Assembly: GCA_048882385.1 (NCBI GenBank)
Contig: JBHLRQ010000005.1
Span: 1 to 62,220, forward strand
Source: Candidatus Thorarchaeota archaeon
Lineage (GTDB): Archaea; Asgardarchaeota; Thorarchaeia; Thorarchaeales; Thorarchaeaceae
Direction of reading: 5' to 3'
Length of the DNA stretch: 62,220 bases
A model generated the notes under the pieces. That model saw nothing but the letters and a program-made list of their open reading frames with translations, made no database searches and had not been told where the DNA came from. A program made the translations under genes and the position numbers. Positions 27,609-37,164 of the stretch are shown here, in pieces. Numbering within the stretch: the first letter of the stretch is position 1; each line of letters starts with the position of its first letter.

Positions 27609-28349
27609 GTGGAACCAATGATTGTACTATTGACAGATTTCGGGGTTTCCGAATATGTTGGAGTGATGAAGGGAGTCATCTACTCAATACACCCTGAGGC
27701 TCAAATTGTTGACCTTACACACTCTGTGCCTTCACAATCAATACGTGAGGGTGCTTGGATCCTGCTGCAGAGCTACAAGTATTTCCCAAGAGGAACTGTC
27801 TTTGTTTCTGTTGTTGACCCAGGTGTGGGAACAGCACGTGATGCAGTCGTCGTCGTTACTCAGAGCTATATTCACATTGGCCCCGACAATGGGTTGCTAT
27901 TTCCTGCTGCATCAGAAGACGGGATTGAACGTGTTTATAGAATCATGGTTGATGAGAGAGTATCAAAGACCTTTCACGGTAGAGATATCTTTGCGAAAGC
28001 TGCCGCATATCATGAGGTTGGAACTCTTAGTGTACTCTCCACAGAAACTAAGCCCGGTCTCGATCATGCTCTTGTCTTCTATCAGGAAGGTCGGCAAGGA
28101 GAAGTAGTTCGTATTGATAAGTTTGGAAACATCATCACAAACATTCCTCCAGCCGCAAAGAAAGACTACAGACTGTCAGTTGGAAACGAACAGCGTGATC
28201 TTCCATTTGTTGGAACGTATGAATATGGTCCTGAAAACAACATCTTTCTAGTTACGAGTAGTTACGACACATTAGAGATAGCAGCTAAGAATCGACCTGC
28301 TATTGATATTTTAGCATTAGAGGTGGGCGATCGGATCAAGATAGAGTGA
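27609..28349 (+). CDS. SAM hydroxide adenosyltransferase (DUF62, chlorinase/fluorinase family)
   Basis: LTDFG, VVDPGVGT, GPDNG, TFHGRDIF, IDKFGN. Confidence 0.92.
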   Translation: MEPMIVLLTDFGVSEYVGVMKGVIYSIHPEAQIVDLTHSVPSQSIREGAWILLQSYKYFPRGTVFVSVVDPGVGTARDAVVVVTQSYIHIGPDNGLLFPAASEDGIERVYRIMVDERVSKTFHGRDIFAKAAAYHEVGTLSVLSTETKPGLDHALVFYQEGRQGEVVRIDKFGNIITNIPPAAKKDYRLSVGNEQRDLPFVGTYEYGPENNIFLVTSSYDTLEIAAKNRPAIDILALEVGDRIKIE

Positions 28350-28351
28350 TT

Positions 28352-29077
28352 CTAGGCGGAACTTCCTTTGTAATATGGACAACTCTCTTCTTCACAATCT
28401 CTGTTTTTTGCAGAGTACTTGCATGATTTGTACTCAGGAGATTCTCCAAGGTCTATACCATAATCTTCCCTCAGAAGGTCCATTGCGGCTTTTAAACCAA
28501 GATTCGTTGCTCTCTTGCAACATCTCCTCAGACCATCTTGAGAGAGGTAGAGAGCTGTTGTTGTTGCTTTATGTGCGAATGTTCTTTCAGGACCACGGGT
28601 TGGAGTGGATCCTACATAGAGTGCAGCTGCGACTCCAGCTCCCACGCATGCACCACATGTTCCTGCATATCCACAAAAACCTCCTGGAATTTTCGAACCG
28701 CGTCTAATGCCTTCCAAAATAGCTTCGAATGTAATTGGACTTCCATCAGGTCGTTTTATTCCCCTGTTTTTCAAAGCAATCAATATTGCAGCTGGAACCA
28801 GACTATGATGTTCTGGACCATGAAATTTGAAGGATGGGTGGGAGAGTGCCTTATCTGCAACAATCTTTGGATCTGTGCTTTTGTCAACCTCAGCAAGCCT
28901 TTGTAAGAATTCGATTGCATCCTTCGAATGGCAAGCATCACAGACAAAGTGTCCCTCCGGGCAATAGATTGGCGAAGATTCAGTCTCTCCACAGTAGATA
29001 CATACCTGCTCCTTGGCACTTTTGTCATACACTAATTCAGTACCACAGACCATGCAGGCCATGTCATGCTCCGTCAT
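28352..29077 (-). CDS. Cys-rich DUF5714-like protein with N-terminal Zn-binding region
   Basis: CMVC, CIYC, CPEGHFVCDAC; HGPEHH, GGFCGYAGTCGA, RCCKR. Confidence 0.7.
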   Translation of the reverse strand: MTEHDMACMVCGTELVYDKSAKEQVCIYCGETESSPIYCPEGHFVCDACHSKDAIEFLQRLAEVDKSTDPKIVADKALSHPSFKFHGPEHHSLVPAAILIALKNRGIKRPDGSPITFEAILEGIRRGSKIPGGFCGYAGTCGACVGAGVAAALYVGSTPTRGPERTFAHKATTTALYLSQDGLRRCCKRATNLGLKAAMDLLREDYGIDLGESPEYKSCKYSAKNRDCEEESCPYYKGSSA

Positions 29078-29188
29078 GAGGAATGCTCCAGGTTAGCGTG
29101 TTGGATTTTATGACGTCAAAAACCTGCCGAAATAAACTCGGATTTACCGAGAAGTGGCCTTTACTAGAGGTTATGTTTGTGATTTCTC

Positions 29189-29851
29189 ATGTTCTATTCC
29201 TTGTTTGATTCTGCATATGGTGTCTGTGGAATTGTCTACAGAAATCTAGAAGCCCCCAGAGTTGTTCACCTTCTTCTACCAGGAACAAGGAATGAAGTCA
29301 AATCACGTATACTAAGCATGTTCCCAAATTGCGAACAGATAAACTCTCCACAAATTGATGGGTTGATATCTGATATTGTGCGGTATCTGGATGGAGCGAC
29401 GGTGACTTTAGCATTTGAACTAATGGACACATCTGTATGTTATCCATTCCAGCTGAAGGTCCTATCAGCAGATAGAACAATTCCTCGAGGGATGACAGCG
29501 ACATATAGCTGGGTGGCAAAAAAGGTAGAAGCAAAAGGAGTCCGAGTTGTTGGTAATGCTCTCGCTCGAAATCCCTTTCCGCTTGTTGTTCCATGTCATC
29601 GTGCAATCAGGTCTGACAGGACACTAGGTGGTTTTCAAGGTGGACTTGAAATGAAACGTCATCTTCTCGAGATGGAGGGTGTAAAATTCGATTCTAGGGG
29701 TCGAGTGAAACCAGAGTATATTCTATCTGACAAAAACCAACTATCTAAATATCCGGAACTCCTTCCTTATGGCTATGTCGCGAATAACAGTTCTGGGCGG
29801 TTGTGGCGTCGTTGGTTCAGTAGCAGTGAGGACACTAGTATCTGCTGGTGA
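29189..29851 (+). CDS. ogt: Methylated-DNA--protein-cysteine methyltransferase
   Basis: VGNALARNP, VPCHR active site, GGFQGG..MKRHLL. Confidence 0.9.
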   Translation: MFYSLFDSAYGVCGIVYRNLEAPRVVHLLLPGTRNEVKSRILSMFPNCEQINSPQIDGLISDIVRYLDGATVTLAFELMDTSVCYPFQLKVLSADRTIPRGMTATYSWVAKKVEAKGVRVVGNALARNPFPLVVPCHRAIRSDRTLGGFQGGLEMKRHLLEMEGVKFDSRGRVKPEYILSDKNQLSKYPELLPYGYVANNSSGRLWRRWFSSSEDTSICW

Positions 29852-30989
29852 TTTTTCAGAGATAGTCATCGGAGATATCGATCTTCAGAAGGCTAACGAA
29901 TGTGTTGCAGAAATTGGTGATGAATGTCTATCCTCATTCAAGGTTGATGCTAGTGATCCGGTGGCTATCAAAGAGGCAATCAAAGGTTCTGATATTGTAC
30001 TCAACTGCTGTGGGCCTTTCTATAAACTTGGTCCGATTGTGCTAAAAGCTGTAATCGAGTCCAAGATTGATTATGTCGATGTCTGTGATGACTATGATGC
30101 GACCAAACTGCTTCTCGAAATGGATAAAGCCGCAAAGAAGGCAGACATAACTGTTCTCACAGGAATGGGTAGTTCTCCCGGTGTGGCTAATATTCTGGTT
30201 CGTTTCTGTGCAGATCATATGTTAGATGAAGTTGATTCAATTGATATTTTACATGCTCATGGAGGAGAGCCAGTCGAAGGACCTGCAGTTGTAGCACACC
30301 GAATCCATAGCATGATATCTCCCATCCCAATGTACCTCGATGGCAAATTTACTACTGTTGATTATTTTGGAGAGAGTGGAAAGGCTCTAGAAGAAGACTT
30401 TACCTTCCACAAGGTCGGAACATACAGATGCTATCCTTATCCCCATCCTGAAACAATCACCCTTCCAAATTACATCAAATGCAAGAGAGTAACTAATCTA
30501 GGCTGTGTTATTCCTCCTGAATATTATAGTATGATTCAAGATATTGCTCGATTTGGAATTGTTGGCGAAGAACCTATCATCGTTAAAGGTCAGGAAGTGG
30601 TTCCCCTCGATTTTGCAATTGCATACATCTTAGAGAAGAGAGAAGGTATCTTGAAGAAGACGAACTTCGGAGAACAACGTGGATGTCTCAAAATCGTAAT
30701 CAAAGGAATTGAAGATGGTAAACCTCATGAGTATCACTTCTCAATGGCATCTGTTGGTCAGTCAATGGGTGAGGGTACTGGAATTCCTGCAGCCCTAGGT
30801 GCTGTTCTCATGAAGAGAGGAAAGATTACAGCTAAAGGAGTGCTACCTCCTGAGGCGTGTGTCACTCCTATGGACTTCTTAGGTATAATGCAAGAACACC
30901 TCAAGCTTGACAACATAAGCAGTGGTGAATCACCATTGATTATTGAATCTATCAGTGAGGATGGAAAAATAGAAAAATTGGAGCTCTGA
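29769..30989 (+). CDS. Saccharopine dehydrogenase-family NAD(P) oxidoreductase
   Basis: GGCGVVG Rossmann motif, NCCGPF, DYVDVCDD, GMGSSPG, HPE. Confidence 0.88.
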   Translation: MAMSRITVLGGCGVVGSVAVRTLVSAGDFSEIVIGDIDLQKANECVAEIGDECLSSFKVDASDPVAIKEAIKGSDIVLNCCGPFYKLGPIVLKAVIESKIDYVDVCDDYDATKLLLEMDKAAKKADITVLTGMGSSPGVANILVRFCADHMLDEVDSIDILHAHGGEPVEGPAVVAHRIHSMISPIPMYLDGKFTTVDYFGESGKALEEDFTFHKVGTYRCYPYPHPETITLPNYIKCKRVTNLGCVIPPEYYSMIQDIARFGIVGEEPIIVKGQEVVPLDFAIAYILEKREGILKKTNFGEQRGCLKIVIKGIEDGKPHEYHFSMASVGQSMGEGTGIPAALGAVLMKRGKITAKGVLPPEACVTPMDFLGIMQEHLKLDNISSGESPLIIESISEDGKIEKLEL

Positions 30990-31056
30990 ACGTTTCCTTT
31001 CTCCAGACGCTATTGCATATATAGCGGTTTGACTAGACAGTGGTTTGGGTTAGGAT

Positions 31057-32637
31057 ATGACTGTGGAGAAGAGTGAGAAAAAGTTCATCCTCGCTGTAGA
31101 TCATGGTACTTCTGCCATGAAGGTTGCCATCGCAGATACATGTGGTGAAGTTCTTGGATGGGAGTACGAGGATACACCACTCTATCTCTCACCAGGAGGC
31201 GGCGCTGAGCAAGATCCAGATGAATGGTGGGATGCTTTCATTAAAAGTACAAGAAAGCTCCTGAGTAAGAATATCGTATCAGTTGATGATATCGTTGGTA
31301 TTTGTATGTCAAGTCAGTGGTCTGGAACTGTCGCTGTAGATGAAAATGGCAATCATCTTTGCAATGCAATAATCTGGATGGATTCTCGTGGAGAGCCCTA
31401 TATCAAACAAGTAAACCAAGGTATCATCAATATCTCTGGGTATGGTATAATGAATATCTTCCGAGCCTTGAGAATATCCGGAGGCGCACCAGCACATGCC
31501 GGAAAGGATCCAATTGCGCATATTCTATTCCTCAAGAATGAACACCCTGACATCTATGCGGCTACCTACAAATTCCTTGAACCAAAAGACTACTTCAATC
31601 TTAGACTCACTGGGGAGTTTGTAGCAACCTATGATTCAATCATGTTGCACTGGGTCACTGATACGCGTGACATCAACAATGTCCATTACTCTCCGTATAT
31701 GATTAATAGAATGGGAATTGATGCGGACAAGCTTCCCATTCTGAAGAGTTCTGTTGATATTCTAGGACCTGTGAAACAGGATGTTGCCAGGGCACTCGGA
31801 TTAAATGAAGATACGCCAGTTATTTGCGGTTCTCCTGATCTTCAAACTGCGATAATTGGATCTGGTGCTGTTCTGGATTATGAGGGGCATATCTACGTAG
31901 GAACCAGTAGCTGGATCACATGCCATGTTCCTTTCAAGAAGACAGACATCTCTCATAACATGGCGTCTGTGCCCTCTTCAATTCCTGGTAGGTACTTTAT
32001 TGCTAATACACAGGAAACTGCAGGTGGGTGTCTCAAGTTTCTCAGAGACCAAATCTTCTACATTGATGATCCTAGTCGTGTAGAGAATCCTGAGGTCTAT
32101 CAAGAATTCGACAGAATTGCTGAGAGAGCACCACCAGGTAGTAATGGTCTAATCTTCACTCCTTGGTTGTACGGAGAGCGTACACCCGTTGAAGACCATA
32201 CAATTAGGGGCGGCTTTCATAATATGTCCCTCCATATACGGAAACAGGATGTCATTCGTTCTGTTTTTGAGGGTGTAGCCTATAACTCTCGCTGGCTGTT
32301 CGAACTGATTGAGAAGTTTATCAAAAGGAAAATGGACCCCGTAAATATAATCGGAGGCGGAGCACGATCCGATATATGGTGTCAGATCTACGCAGACGTT
32401 TTGAACCGAACAATTCGTCAAGTGAAAGATCCAATCATGGCAAATGCTCGTGGAGCGGCCTTCATTGCGGCAGTCGCTCTTGGCTTCTGCAGTTTTGAGG
32501 ACATTCCAAGACTAGTTCAATACTCCAAAACTTTCATTCCAAATCCTGACAATCGAAAATTGTACGATACGCTGTATAAAGAGTTCATCAATCTCTACAA
32601 GAATAACAAAGCAATGAGTAGAAGGCTAAACAAGTAA
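31057..32637 (+). CDS. FGGY-family carbohydrate kinase (xylulokinase-like)
   Basis: AVDHGTSAMK, IIWMDSR, GTSSW, GERTP, EGVAY, GGGARS. Confidence 0.9.
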   Translation: MTVEKSEKKFILAVDHGTSAMKVAIADTCGEVLGWEYEDTPLYLSPGGGAEQDPDEWWDAFIKSTRKLLSKNIVSVDDIVGICMSSQWSGTVAVDENGNHLCNAIIWMDSRGEPYIKQVNQGIINISGYGIMNIFRALRISGGAPAHAGKDPIAHILFLKNEHPDIYAATYKFLEPKDYFNLRLTGEFVATYDSIMLHWVTDTRDINNVHYSPYMINRMGIDADKLPILKSSVDILGPVKQDVARALGLNEDTPVICGSPDLQTAIIGSGAVLDYEGHIYVGTSSWITCHVPFKKTDISHNMASVPSSIPGRYFIANTQETAGGCLKFLRDQIFYIDDPSRVENPEVYQEFDRIAERAPPGSNGLIFTPWLYGERTPVEDHTIRGGFHNMSLHIRKQDVIRSVFEGVAYNSRWLFELIEKFIKRKMDPVNIIGGGARSDIWCQIYADVLNRTIRQVKDPIMANARGAAFIAAVALGFCSFEDIPRLVQYSKTFIPNPDNRKLYDTLYKEFINLYKNNKAMSRRLNK

Positions 32638-33152
32638 TGACGGAAAAACAATTCACCTTTGGGAGTGTGGAAAAAGCAGTAAGGAAGAAGACATTCGGTG
32701 TGCTGACCACCATAGACTCTAAGGGTCGACCACACAGCACCGGCATCATTTATGCAGTTGGACCACCAGAGTCACAATTCGCCTTCTACTGCATTACTGG
32801 AGCAAATTACGTAAAGGTGCGTAATATAAAGCATAATCCCAATGTGTCACTTGTTGTAACATTTCCACACTATTGGATCCGGTTCGCTCCAGCAAGTTAT
32901 GCCATGTTTAGAGGAGCTGCAGAGATTGCTCCCTTTAGTGATCATGACGCTCAGTGGGCTATGAATCAGACACGAATCGGACGAATGAATCTTCAGGTTG
33001 AAGCTGATGATTCAGGTATTGAATATTTATTCATCAAAATCACTCCTGAGCCTACTGTGTTCTGCTATGGACTAGGCTACGGCATTATGGAGCTAAGAAG
33101 AATGCATACTGGCGCTGCATACAAAGTCATAATTCCTGAAAGCAGACGATAG
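32637..33152 (+). CDS. Pyridoxamine 5'-phosphate oxidase-like split-barrel flavin/F420-binding protein
   Basis: LTTIDSKGRPH, KVRNIKHNPNVSL. Confidence 0.82.
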   Translation: MTEKQFTFGSVEKAVRKKTFGVLTTIDSKGRPHSTGIIYAVGPPESQFAFYCITGANYVKVRNIKHNPNVSLVVTFPHYWIRFAPASYAMFRGAAEIAPFSDHDAQWAMNQTRIGRMNLQVEADDSGIEYLFIKITPEPTVFCYGLGYGIMELRRMHTGAAYKVIIPESRR

Positions 33153-33156
33153 ACGC

Positions 33157-34152
33157 CTAACCCAGAAAACGTTTCAGAACTCTTGCCGCTCTAAGAGTTA
33201 TCCACTTAGATGGCTTGTTCTTTTCATCAATCTCACAAAGCATTTTCCCATTGAAAGTGTTCTTTAGAAGCCACCTATCATCATCCCCTTGACAGCTGAT
33301 AACATAATCTACAGCCTCCTGCATTCTACTATCCTTCACTCCAAATTTGGTCAAGACGTCTAAAACTTCGAGGATATCCGATTGATAGAAGAGTGGGAAT
33401 CCAAATCTCTTCCAACCAGCTTTTTCTTTTCTGGAACCATCTTGATTTTTCAAATATCTGAAAATTTCATTCTCAAGGATTATCTCGATTTCTTGGTCAA
33501 TTATTATATCCAATTCTGAGGAACGCCTTTCCCTGGGAATCTGTGCAAGCCCTCGTAAGAGTTTCACTGCTCCCATGTAGCAGTTCTCAGGAAAAACCTT
33601 GTTTCTATCAATTGGAAAAGCACGACACTTCCAACCACCTTTGTCCTCAGAATGATATTCAATTTGAAAATCAATCAGCTTCTCAGTCCGAGGGTCATCC
33701 AAGAAACCAAAGTGAATAAGATAGAACAGAATATTGCCGTCGAGACAGCATCCGTCAAATACCGTGCTTGCCCTTCCTCTATCTGTCTTTGGAATACTTG
33801 TAAGAAAATGTCCCGAGTCCCTCTGGAATTGGTAGAGATGTTCAATGGCTGCTTCTATCTTATTGGTTCTCTTTGCACCAAGTTCTGCAAGCAGGAGTAG
33901 ATTGTGAGTGGTTGCCACATACTTCGGTTCATACATATCGCTATATCTCCCCCAATTGCCCTCGTCCATTTGAGCTTTAAGAATCGCCTTTATGCAAGGT
34001 GTGGTCATTATTGCTTCTTGAGCTTCCTTTACATCTTTATGATCAGCCCTCCGTTCTTCCAATTGTTGCAAAGCCCAAAACCTTACACTTGGACTCTCAG
34101 GTCCTAGCAACCAGTCAATAACATCTGAGCTGACTAACTCCATCCACGTCAT
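33157..34152 (-). CDS. Prenyltransferase/squalene-oxidase-repeat-like alpha-alpha toroid protein
   Basis: QMDEGNW, QRDSGHF, QGDDDRW repeats; FGFPLFYQSD; PSKWITL. Confidence 0.65.
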   Translation of the reverse strand: MTWMELVSSDVIDWLLGPESPSVRFWALQQLEERRADHKDVKEAQEAIMTTPCIKAILKAQMDEGNWGRYSDMYEPKYVATTHNLLLLAELGAKRTNKIEAAIEHLYQFQRDSGHFLTSIPKTDRGRASTVFDGCCLDGNILFYLIHFGFLDDPRTEKLIDFQIEYHSEDKGGWKCRAFPIDRNKVFPENCYMGAVKLLRGLAQIPRERRSSELDIIIDQEIEIILENEIFRYLKNQDGSRKEKAGWKRFGFPLFYQSDILEVLDVLTKFGVKDSRMQEAVDYVISCQGDDDRWLLKNTFNGKMLCEIDEKNKPSKWITLRAARVLKRFLG

Positions 34153-34194
34153 ACTCTACATTGATAGAAAGATGCATATTAGCACTGTCCTTAA

Positions 34195-34692
34195 TTGATA
34201 GCGGAGGTTTTTGAGGTGCTAAAAGGAGTGAAACGTAGAAGAGTAGCCCTTCTTGCTTCAACTGTGTTCATTCTTTTTACATCTTTGCTAGCATTTTCCA
34301 TTTATTACTCACAACTGATGGATACTCGATATGGAGGACAAGGTTATGTTGAAGAAACGGGAGGGTTGAGTTATGTCAGTGAAAAGTATGACTCAAATGG
34401 CAATAGTACGTATTCAGTTACTTTCCATGATGTTGAATTCACCTTCAAATATTGGTACTACCCATATGGAGTGCAGGACTATCACTATACAGCATATTTT
34501 TTGATTGAGTTTCAAGACAACACAAGCGAGATCATATCACTAGCTACTGGCTCCTATTGGACAACTAGTGGAATTGTGAAACGACCTCTTTTTGCAGTCA
34601 CTACTAACCACACAAGTCCCATAGCTGGAGTTCTATCAGGAGACTACCTGGATAATCCTGTTTGTTGGCGATTCGTTGTCAGTATCGAATAA
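34195..34692 (+). CDS. Membrane-anchored hypothetical protein
   Basis: N-terminal basic stretch plus TM, beta-rich soluble part. Confidence 0.6.
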   Translation: MIAEVFEVLKGVKRRRVALLASTVFILFTSLLAFSIYYSQLMDTRYGGQGYVEETGGLSYVSEKYDSNGNSTYSVTFHDVEFTFKYWYYPYGVQDYHYTAYFLIEFQDNTSEIISLATGSYWTTSGIVKRPLFAVTTNHTSPIAGVLSGDYLDNPVCWRFVVSIE

Positions 34693-34695
34693 AGT

Positions 34696-35739
34696 TCATT
34701 CCTTCCAAGGAATAATCTCTTGTCCACGATCTTCCAATATCTTTTGAACAAAGTATGGGTCTGCTAAGAGACCTCTGCCTACACCGAGCATGTCACAGAT
34801 GTCATCTCTCTCGAATTTTCTTACCAACTTCTCATCACGGACTTCGCCTACTCCTATTACAGGAACCTTCACATGTGGCTTAATCCTTCCTGCTACAGGA
34901 ATGCATGAGTCATACGGATAGTCTTTGAGAAAATCCGGCTGAGTGGTTTCATCGAAGTAGGGCGGAAGACCTGGATTGTATGTTGCATCAACAACACATG
35001 ATATGTGGAGACAATCAATTCCTGCTTTTTCTATAATCTTGGCTATCTCAATACCTTCCTCCATCGATACGCCATCCACGACATTCTCAAATCCATTCAT
35101 TCGGAAGATGAGTGGATAGTTTCCCAACTCCTCCCTGATCATTTTGATGATATCGACAGAGAACTTCGCTTTATTCTTTGTAGAACCTCCATACTCATCA
35201 TCTCGTCGATTTGTGTAAGATGACAAGAATGAACTCAGGAGATAGTAGTGCGCACCATGAATTTCTACGCCATCAAAACCAGCTTCCCTCGCCCTGCGTG
35301 TGGCATCAACAAACCTCTGTTTGACATACTCAATTTCCTCGACCGAAATGGGTTCTGCTTTTGTGTTCTTCAGTACAGGGATATTCGATGGTCCAAGATA
35401 CCTGTCTTTTTTGAGTCCCTTCAGACCTGAATGGTTGATCTGAATGAACGATTTAGCACCATGTCTGTTGATTGCATCAGCGAGTTTTTTGAGACCAGGA
35501 ATACACTGGTCATCGTGAACACCAATGTTCTTTGACATTATTCGATGGTCCCATGTAACAGCTGCAGCCTCGACTATTATCAGCCCTACTTGTCCCTTAC
35601 TACATTCTTCATAGTGCCGAATGGCTTCCTCAGTGACCAATCCCTCTCCTGTCGCAAAGTTTCTCACCATAGGCGGCATCACATATCGATTCTTTATTCT
35701 TAGTCCAGCAAATTCAATTGGTTCTGAGAGGTCAACCAT
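34696..35739 (-). CDS. NADH:flavin oxidoreductase (Old Yellow Enzyme family)
   Basis: KNRYVMPPM, QINHSG, GFDGVEIHGAHYYL, NRRDDEYGG, GRGLLADP. Confidence 0.92.
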   Translation of the reverse strand: MVDLSEPIEFAGLRIKNRYVMPPMVRNFATGEGLVTEEAIRHYEECSKGQVGLIIVEAAAVTWDHRIMSKNIGVHDDQCIPGLKKLADAINRHGAKSFIQINHSGLKGLKKDRYLGPSNIPVLKNTKAEPISVEEIEYVKQRFVDATRRAREAGFDGVEIHGAHYYLLSSFLSSYTNRRDDEYGGSTKNKAKFSVDIIKMIREELGNYPLIFRMNGFENVVDGVSMEEGIEIAKIIEKAGIDCLHISCVVDATYNPGLPPYFDETTQPDFLKDYPYDSCIPVAGRIKPHVKVPVIGVGEVRDEKLVRKFERDDICDMLGVGRGLLADPYFVQKILEDRGQEIIPWKE

Positions 35740-35782
35740 TTTTGTATCACTCCTATTCTTAGAGAGTTCTTAGCCTATTTGT

Positions 35783-37105
35783 CTAGAAGTCTGCTCCAGT
35801 TCTTCCAGAACCCCAAGAATCCATGGCCAACTTGAGTTCCTCATGTCCCTCTTCCTTAGCATATCTACTCACTGGAATCCCCTGGATTTTTGCATCCATG
35901 GCTTGTCTGAATGCAATGGCTCCAGCACGTGGTCCATTTGGATGAGCATGGATACCAGCTCCTGTTCCAATCACAATGTCAGGACCTAAATCATCTATGA
36001 CTTCTTCAACATGTCCTGGGCTGATACCACCACTCGGCATTGGGGCGGTCTGCTCTATGTTATGTAGGGGCATAATCATATCATGTGCAACATTGAGATA
36101 TCGCTCCTTGAGGACAGGTGCTTTTCCATAGGGCGCAGGAAACACCGTGATATCAGAACCACAGATTCGCGGAAGTTTCCCTGTAACAATATTAGATGAT
36201 ATGCCAACTATGGGTGAATAGGTCATCGCTCCTGTTACATCCATATGCGCAAGTAAGGGTACTTTCGGAGCAAGATTTTCACTAACATGCCGGAATGCTG
36301 AATATCCTACAGCAAGAAAATTGATCATCAACCCGTTCGCTCCCAATTCAATAGCCTTCTCCGCATTTTCAAACATTCTTGGAAGCCTATCAGTGATATT
36401 TACTGTATAGATTGTTTTCTCACCCTTCTCAGAATCTGCCCTATCGAGTGCCTCCATAAATCGTGGAATCCGGTCTTCAAGTGTATTGAAATCAGGATTT
36501 GCCAGTAGTTCGTCATCCTTTATGATATCCGCACCGCCAGCAGCCGCCTCATATGCGAGATCAGCGCCCATCTCGCAGGAAGTATAGACACAGGGCTTGA
36601 CCATGTTGTTCAAGATAGGTCTCTTCTTAATTTTCAACAGCTTTCGTAGACCCTTGATACCATATTTTGGACCCTTGAATCCCTTGAGCCAGCTCTTCGG
36701 GAATTTCATGTCTAAACACTTGATTCTACCATAAAGGGAGATGTTACCGATGACTGTACTAAGTAACATTGGGATCTGTTGTCCGAAATTCTCCCAGGGA
36801 TATGCAACCTGCATGATATACTGTCTTCTCTCGAGGTCTTTTGGGAAACTGTATTCATATTGAGGTACCTCATAGACGCCTATCACTTTAGCAACATGTC
36901 TTCTTCGAACCGCAGGGGTTTCACCAGGCACAAGAGTCCATGTTCCTGTACTCTGTTCAACAGCTGCATCATGAGCCAAACTCCTTGCATCCATGAAAGG
37001 CGGGAGTCCGACATAGTATGTACATATCACATACTTCTCTTCATCAATAGCATCAGGTAATGCATCAGGCAATGCATCGAGTGGAAGCTCTACCATTATA
37101 ATCAA
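35783..37105 (-). CDS. RuBisCO-like protein (form IV)
   Basis: EQSTGTW, KDDE, GK loop 6, SGG. The K177 equivalent is C (VKPC) and the R295 equivalent is M (AHMD), which argues against a true RuBP carboxylase. Confidence 0.88.
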   Translation of the reverse strand: MIIMVELPLDALPDALPDAIDEEKYVICTYYVGLPPFMDARSLAHDAAVEQSTGTWTLVPGETPAVRRRHVAKVIGVYEVPQYEYSFPKDLERRQYIMQVAYPWENFGQQIPMLLSTVIGNISLYGRIKCLDMKFPKSWLKGFKGPKYGIKGLRKLLKIKKRPILNNMVKPCVYTSCEMGADLAYEAAAGGADIIKDDELLANPDFNTLEDRIPRFMEALDRADSEKGEKTIYTVNITDRLPRMFENAEKAIELGANGLMINFLAVGYSAFRHVSENLAPKVPLLAHMDVTGAMTYSPIVGISSNIVTGKLPRICGSDITVFPAPYGKAPVLKERYLNVAHDMIMPLHNIEQTAPMPSGGISPGHVEEVIDDLGPDIVIGTGAGIHAHPNGPRAGAIAFRQAMDAKIQGIPVSRYAKEEGHEELKLAMDSWGSGRTGADF

Positions 37106-37164
37106 CTATACTGCAGGATGGGAATCCGTCTTATGTTCTTTTGGAGAGCATCACGGTGCTATAA

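Noticed and set aside
27609-28349. Fluorinase/chlorinase (halogenase)
   Set aside because: Motifs fit the widespread archaeal DUF62 SAM hydrolase; no secondary-metabolite context
33157-34152. Squalene-hopene cyclase
   Set aside because: About half the expected length and no DxDD motif
37050-37078. 12-nt tandem repeat encoding DALPDALPDA at the RLP N-terminus
   Set aside because: Short in-frame duplication in a variable terminus; no evidence of function
35783-37105. True CO2-fixing RuBisCO (form III)
   Set aside because: K177 and R295 equivalents are substituted, which fits form IV
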